57,127 bases of DNA, from positions 1 to 57,127 of the forward strand of contig JAJOKA010000227.1 of assembly GCA_021206555.1 (NCBI GenBank), in the 5' to 3' direction. This document shows, in pieces, positions 53,182-57,127 of this stretch (its first letter is position 1; each line of letters starts with the position of its first letter). Position numbers and translations under genes: made by a program. This DNA comes from Candidatus Cloacimonadota bacterium. Lineage in GTDB: Bacteria > Cloacimonadota > Cloacimonadia > Cloacimonadales > Cloacimonadaceae. Below the pieces are notes generated by a model. That model had not been told where the DNA came from. It saw only the letters and a program-made list of their open reading frames with translations, and did no database searches.

Positions 53182-54750
53182 CTAAAGCAGAGGCGAAAAG
53201 AGCCTGCAAATGGACTCTTTACTGCGCTCCAAGATACTACGTTTTTGGAACTCTTCAAGCTCCAGCTTCTTGCTGAAAGCAAGGTCGGTATAGAAGGCTT
53301 CATCGGCTTCCCGGGCCAGAGAGTCTTCATAGACCAAAGCCGTGAGCTCAAAATTGTGGTTAAAACTCCTCAGATCCATGTTTGCCGTGCCCAAACCCAA
53401 CACTTCATCATCCACGATCAGGATCTTGGCATGGATAAAGCCCCGGGTATATTCATAGATCTCAACGCCCACTTCCATCAGCTCCTGATAGTATGACCTG
53501 CTACCCCAATACACCATCCAATGATCAGCCTTGCCCGGAACGATGATCTGCACCTTTACGCCACTGATGGCCGCGGTCTTGAGCGCCATCAACAGCGCTT
53601 CATTGAGGATCAGATATGGAGTGATAATGCGGATATAGCGATGCGCGTTGGCAATGGCCGAAAAATAAAGCTGCAAGATGCTGGAATGATCTGTATCCGG
53701 ACCGCTGGCCACCACTTGCACCGGGCTTTGCCTTTGCACATGCTTGATTGCCGCCGAATTCAGATAGCGGGATAGCGCCTCGGTGGCAAAGAGATTCTCA
53801 CCCTTCACGAAGTACCAGTCTCCCATAAAGATAGCCTGCATGGAAAGCACTGCTTCGCCCTCGAAGGATGCCACGGAATCCCGCCAATAACCAAAGTAAG
53901 GATCCTTACTCAGATATTTATCCCCGATGTTGAGCCCACCCAAAAAGGCCAGTTTACCATCCACTATCACCAGTTTCCGATGATTCCGATAGTTCATCCG
54001 GCTATTGATCAGAGGGATCCAAACCGGCATAAAGGGAACGAACTGCACTCCCGCGCGTCTGATCTCAGATTTGAAGCGGCGCGAGAGCTTCCAGCAGGCC
54101 ACATCATCATAGATAAAGCGAATCTCCACCCCTGCATGGGCTTTTTGGATCAAGAGATCCTTCAGATAGCGTCCGGTGCTGTCATCGGCGATCGAAAAAT
54201 ACTCCAGATGCACGTGATGCTTTGCTTCCCGGATGGCATCACAAATGGCGGCAAAGGCGATTCCGGTATCATTAAAAAGCTCTATCTCATTGTGCCCGGT
54301 GAGGATGGCCTTGCTGTTGTTCTTCAGGAGTCTGTGCAGTTTGTGTTCCAGCTGATGATTGAGCAGAGCGCTATTAAAACCCGGGATCAACAGCTTGATC
54401 TTCTCCATCAGTTCATTGTCAAAGAGTTCTTTGCGATTGAAGAGCTTGATCTTACGCCAGTTTCGGCCAAAGAAGAGATAGAAGATAAAGCCCACCACCG
54501 GGATGAAGATCAGCACCATGATCCAGGCCAGAGTATGCACCGGAGAGGAGTTTTCCAGCACCAGCACCACGATGATCAGAAAGATCGTAAGCGCGAAGAT
54601 CACATAGATGATGTTTGAGGTCACACGGTTGAAGGTTTGCAACACATCTCCACCCCAAATCAGCTGGATCAGAGATGCCACCAATGCCAGGCTGAGCAGC
54701 AAGGCCAGCACCATCAACACGGCATCCAAAAGCTTATGCGAAGGCATCAC
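53182..54750 (-). CDS. cls: Cardiolipin synthase (PLD family)
   Basis: 522 aa, intact. Two N-terminal TM helices with IPVVGFIFYLFFGRNWRK. Two HKD motifs: NHRKLVIVDG..GGLNIGD and IHAKILIVDDEV..GTANMD. Confidence 0.88.
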   Translation of the reverse strand: MMPSHKLLDAVLMVLALLLSLALVASLIQLIWGGDVLQTFNRVTSNIIYVIFALTIFLIIVVLVLENSSPVHTLAWIMVLIFIPVVGFIFYLFFGRNWRKIKLFNRKELFDNELMEKIKLLIPGFNSALLNHQLEHKLHRLLKNNSKAILTGHNEIELFNDTGIAFAAICDAIREAKHHVHLEYFSIADDSTGRYLKDLLIQKAHAGVEIRFIYDDVACWKLSRRFKSEIRRAGVQFVPFMPVWIPLINSRMNYRNHRKLVIVDGKLAFLGGLNIGDKYLSKDPYFGYWRDSVASFEGEAVLSMQAIFMGDWYFVKGENLFATEALSRYLNSAAIKHVQRQSPVQVVASGPDTDHSSILQLYFSAIANAHRYIRIITPYLILNEALLMALKTAAISGVKVQIIVPGKADHWMVYWGSRSYYQELMEVGVEIYEYTRGFIHAKILIVDDEVLGLGTANMDLRSFNHNFELTALVYEDSLAREADEAFYTDLAFSKKLELEEFQKRSILERSKESICRLFSPLL

Positions 54751-54828
54751 ATTGAGTGTCTATGCGGCAGATAGGCCAGGCTTGACACGAAGCTCAGATG
54801 GGCTCCGGTCATCTGCTGCTCACAGCGG

Positions 54829-56792
54829 TTATACGCCCTTTGCTTTCCTGAGTTTGAGCACAAACTCAGTACCCTGATTCTCTTCACTGGTGACCTGCAA
54901 TTCCACTCCCAAAAGCTTCAGATAGCCCAAGCTGAGCCTGATGCCCATCCCAATCCCCAGCTCCTGATCGGTTCCGGCTTTTGCCTGGAGGCCTTGCTTC
55001 AGCAGCTTGGCCAGCTCTTCTTTGCTCATTCCCACTCCGCTATCGCGAATCCGGAGCTCCAGATACCGGTCTTTGTCCCGACAGGAGATACTGATGCTTC
55101 CCCCTCCGGGTGTGAACTTGATGGCATTGCTGAGGATATTGCGCAGCACAATCTTCATGATATTCGGTTCGGTATAAGTAGTCAGGTTATCCGCAGCCAG
55201 GATCAGATCCAGCTTGATCCGCTTTTGCTCCAGATGGCTCTGATACATCCGGATAATGGGGTCAAACAGGCCTTTCACGCTCACATCCTGCATCAAGCGA
55301 TCCACATCTTTTGCTGAAACTGCGGGATTCTATCCACACCATCATCTCGGTGAGCAGATCGGTGACACTATCCAGACTGGTGATGATATGGGTCAAAAGC
55401 TCATCCGCGCTTTCACCGCTGATGCTGCCATCCTGGATCATCTTCAAGGCTGCCGCGCTATTGGCCGCAGGACCACGCACGTCGTGAGAAATGATCGAGA
55501 TCAAGCGGTTCAGCATCCCCATTGAAGTATGCAAATCGTGATTGCTCTCTTCCAATTGCTGAGCCTGGTCGTTTGATCAATTGGTTGGAAGATTCCAGTT
55601 CGGCGTTTTTTTTTCTGATAGGTCTGATTCTGCAGTTCGATCTTGCGCCTCAGATACTCCGCTTCCTGCTTTGAGATCAGCTTCTCGGAGAGCTCCGTGT
55701 ATTGCTGCTCTTGCAGATCATTCAATACCTGCAAGCTGGCATTGGCACCCTTCAGATCCCCTGTATTTTCATAATACTTAGTCCAGAGTTTATGCAGATT
55801 GATGCGATGCTGGATAATCTCCATGTCCTTCGCTGCGTCATCCGCCATCTGCAGATATTTGTGGCTTTGTTCATACTGCTCTTGTTCGATGTGCATGGTA
55901 GCCAGATTCAATAGGACATTGATCAGCCCAACTCTGTCTTCCTCAGCATTCATCAAGCTCAAAGCCTGAGTGAGGCAGCTCTCGGCTTCATCCCAACGCC
56001 GCAACTTGTTGCAAATGGAGCCCATAGTGCTCAAGGTATCGGCTGTATGCTCATCACCGTAGTATTTGCGGCTGATCTCCAGGGATCTTACGATGTAGTC
56101 ATAAGCCTCATCAAATCGGTTCAGATCGGACATCGTGAGCGCCATATTACCCAAGGCGTAGCTAAGATAGGGCAGAATGTTCTCTCTAGTGGCGATCTCG
56201 ATGGCCTCTTCATAGGCCTTTAGCGCTTTTTCGTGACTCTTTAAGGGGCGATAGGAATTGCCCAGATTGATCAAGGCGGATATCCTTACTTCAGGCTCGG
56301 TGGAGTTATCATCCACGTATTGCAGCAGCTCGAAACACAAATCCACAGCCCGGCAAATTGCATTGTAAAACCATAGGCTACCACCAGGTTATTGACGATG
56401 GGCATCCACATCGTGTGAGTGCTGTCCATTTGCGCCAACATATCTTCCCAGGTGTAAATCGCCCGCAGATGATCACCCCGCATCGAATGAATGATGGCCA
56501 TCGTGGATTGCACGTGGAACACCTCATCCGGCAGATCGTGCGACTCCGCGATCGCGAGAGCCTTTTGCAAGACAAGCTCTGCTGCTTTCGGATCCCGGCC
56601 GTTGATATGAAAACGAGCCAGGCCGATGTATAAACTGATCAGACTCTCCGGATACTCGCTATAATCGTGATCATTCGCGAAATTCTCCAGCTCTTCCACG
56701 ATCTGTAAAGCCCGGGTTCTTTCTACCCGAATTATCTCATCCAATTGCTCTCTGACCCGATCCAGGGCCTCAGAACTTAACGGTTTTTTCAT
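54829..56792 (-). CDS. TPR-repeat sensor histidine kinase (at least 3 frameshifts)
   Basis: ORFs 56286..56792 and 55510..56346 (TPR-like helices and a coiled coil), 55262..55555 (H-box ISIISHDVRGP), and 54829..55305 (HATPase NILSNAIKFT, DSGVGM, GIGMG). Confidence 0.7.
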
Positions 56793-56810
56793 GTTTCACC
56801 CCATTTGCGC

Positions 56811-56839
56811 ATTACATATTTCCCCGATGTTTTAGTCAA
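56811..56839 (-). promoter_or_regulatory. Sigma-70-type promoter of the TPR-kinase gene
   Basis: Minus strand TTGACT (56839..56834), 17 nt spacer, TGTAAT (56816..56811). It lies about 20 nt upstream of the ATG at 56792, which implies a short leader. Confidence 0.45.
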
Positions 56840-56852
56840 TATATTTGTTTGT

Positions 56853-56929
56853 GAGGTTGCAGCTTGGTGCTTGGTGCTTGGTGCTTGGTGCTGGGTGCTG
56901 GGTGCTGGGTGCTGGGTGCTTGGTGCTGG
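56853..56929. repeat. Tandem heptamer array (GTGCTTG / GTGCTGG), about 11 units
   Basis: Degenerate units GAGGTTG and CAGCTTG, then 3x GTGCTTG, 4x GTGCTGG, GTGCTTG, GTGCTGG. The unit and orientation are the same as in the array at 2413..2517. Confidence 0.95.
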
Positions 56930-56941
56930 GGACTAACACCT

Positions 56942-57030
56942 TCAAATTGTAAATCGTATTGTAAATCGTAAATCGTAAATCGTAAATTGTAAATCGTAAA
57001 TCGTAAATTGTAAATTGTAAATTGTAAATC
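56942..57030. repeat. Tandem heptamer array (GTAAATC / GTAAATT), about 12 units
   Basis: Contiguous 7-nt units with one truncated unit (GTATT at 56956..56960). It starts 12 nt after the previous array. Confidence 0.95.
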
Positions 57031-57048
57031 GTCTCTCCCTTGTGGCAG

Positions 57049-57127
57049 TTAATCAAGCGATCATCCCCCCTTAATCAAGCGTTAACTATTAACGCTTGAT
57101 TAACGCTTGATTAAGACTTGATTAACG
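57049..57127. repeat. 11-nt repeat family TTAATCAAGCG, including a 15-3-15 palindrome and a period-11 tandem array that runs off the window
   Basis: TTAATCAAGCG at 57049 and 57071. Palindrome TTAATCAAGCGTTAA-cta-TTAACGCTTGATTAA (57071..57103). Then CGCTTGATTAA (57104) and GACTTGATTAA (57115), truncated at the window end. Confidence 0.85.

Noticed and set aside
53182-54750. PLD-family protein next to a helicase/nuclease pair as a DISARM- or defence-type module
   Set aside because: The protein has the complete cardiolipin synthase architecture: two N-terminal TM helices, the FGRNWRK motif, two HKD motifs and about 520 aa. No methyltransferase, DUF1998-like partner or other defence partners are nearby.
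1-57127. Interpreting the split genes as genuine pseudogenes, implying a decaying genome or a mobile-element-ridden region
   Set aside because: Many of the split genes are conserved housekeeping genes (including glyS and purM). The reading frames are otherwise intact with conserved motifs on both sides of each break. The breaks coincide with homopolymers. No IS elements are present. Sequencing error is the simpler explanation.

Overview
This 57.1 kb window looks like a chromosomal segment of an FCB-group bacterium, Bacteroidota-like or Cloacimonadota-like. I base that on seven secreted proteins with the T9SS-type C-terminal sorting domain (consensus ..PNPFNP.TTI.F....G...L.IYN.KGQLV.TL......G.H...W.GTD..G..V.SG.Y..RL) and two PorV/PorQ-family barrels. 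I see no rRNA, CRISPR array, transposase or integrase.

Content from left to right:
- A frameshifted propeller protein, then aroB, an M20 amidohydrolase with asd, tRNA-Arg(CCT) and an RNB exoribonuclease.
- An 11.8 kb co-directional envelope operon on the minus strand: TonB-dependent receptor, ExbB, ExbD, ExbD, TonB, a 1044 aa protein, a PorV-like barrel and a 717 aa Asp-box protein.
- purM, a PfkB kinase, an aminotransferase, pta and glyS.
- A PorQ-like barrel, a PTS-EIIA(Ntr)-like protein and a PAS histidine kinase.
- Two nearly identical cobalamin riboswitch leaders. One drives a T9SS-anchored beta-propeller and the other a BtuB-like receptor. They bracket two beta-helix T9SS proteins.
- A heterodimeric ABC exporter pair and a large T9SS surface protein.
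- An AddB/AddA-like nuclease-helicase pair downstream of cls, then a TPR histidine kinase.

The most unusual signals are non-coding:
1. A family of period-7 tandem arrays, plus one period-11 array, sitting at gene boundaries.
2. Two convergent intergenic regions packed with shared REP-like hairpin modules in both orientations.
3. The duplicated B12 leader.

Caveat: about 35 apparent frameshifts split roughly 16 genes. Five junctions that I resolved by eye lie in A7/T7 runs that would be in frame as 6-mers. I therefore treat these as homopolymer sequencing or assembly errors and report merged gene spans. All product calls come from motif recognition by eye; no database search was possible.
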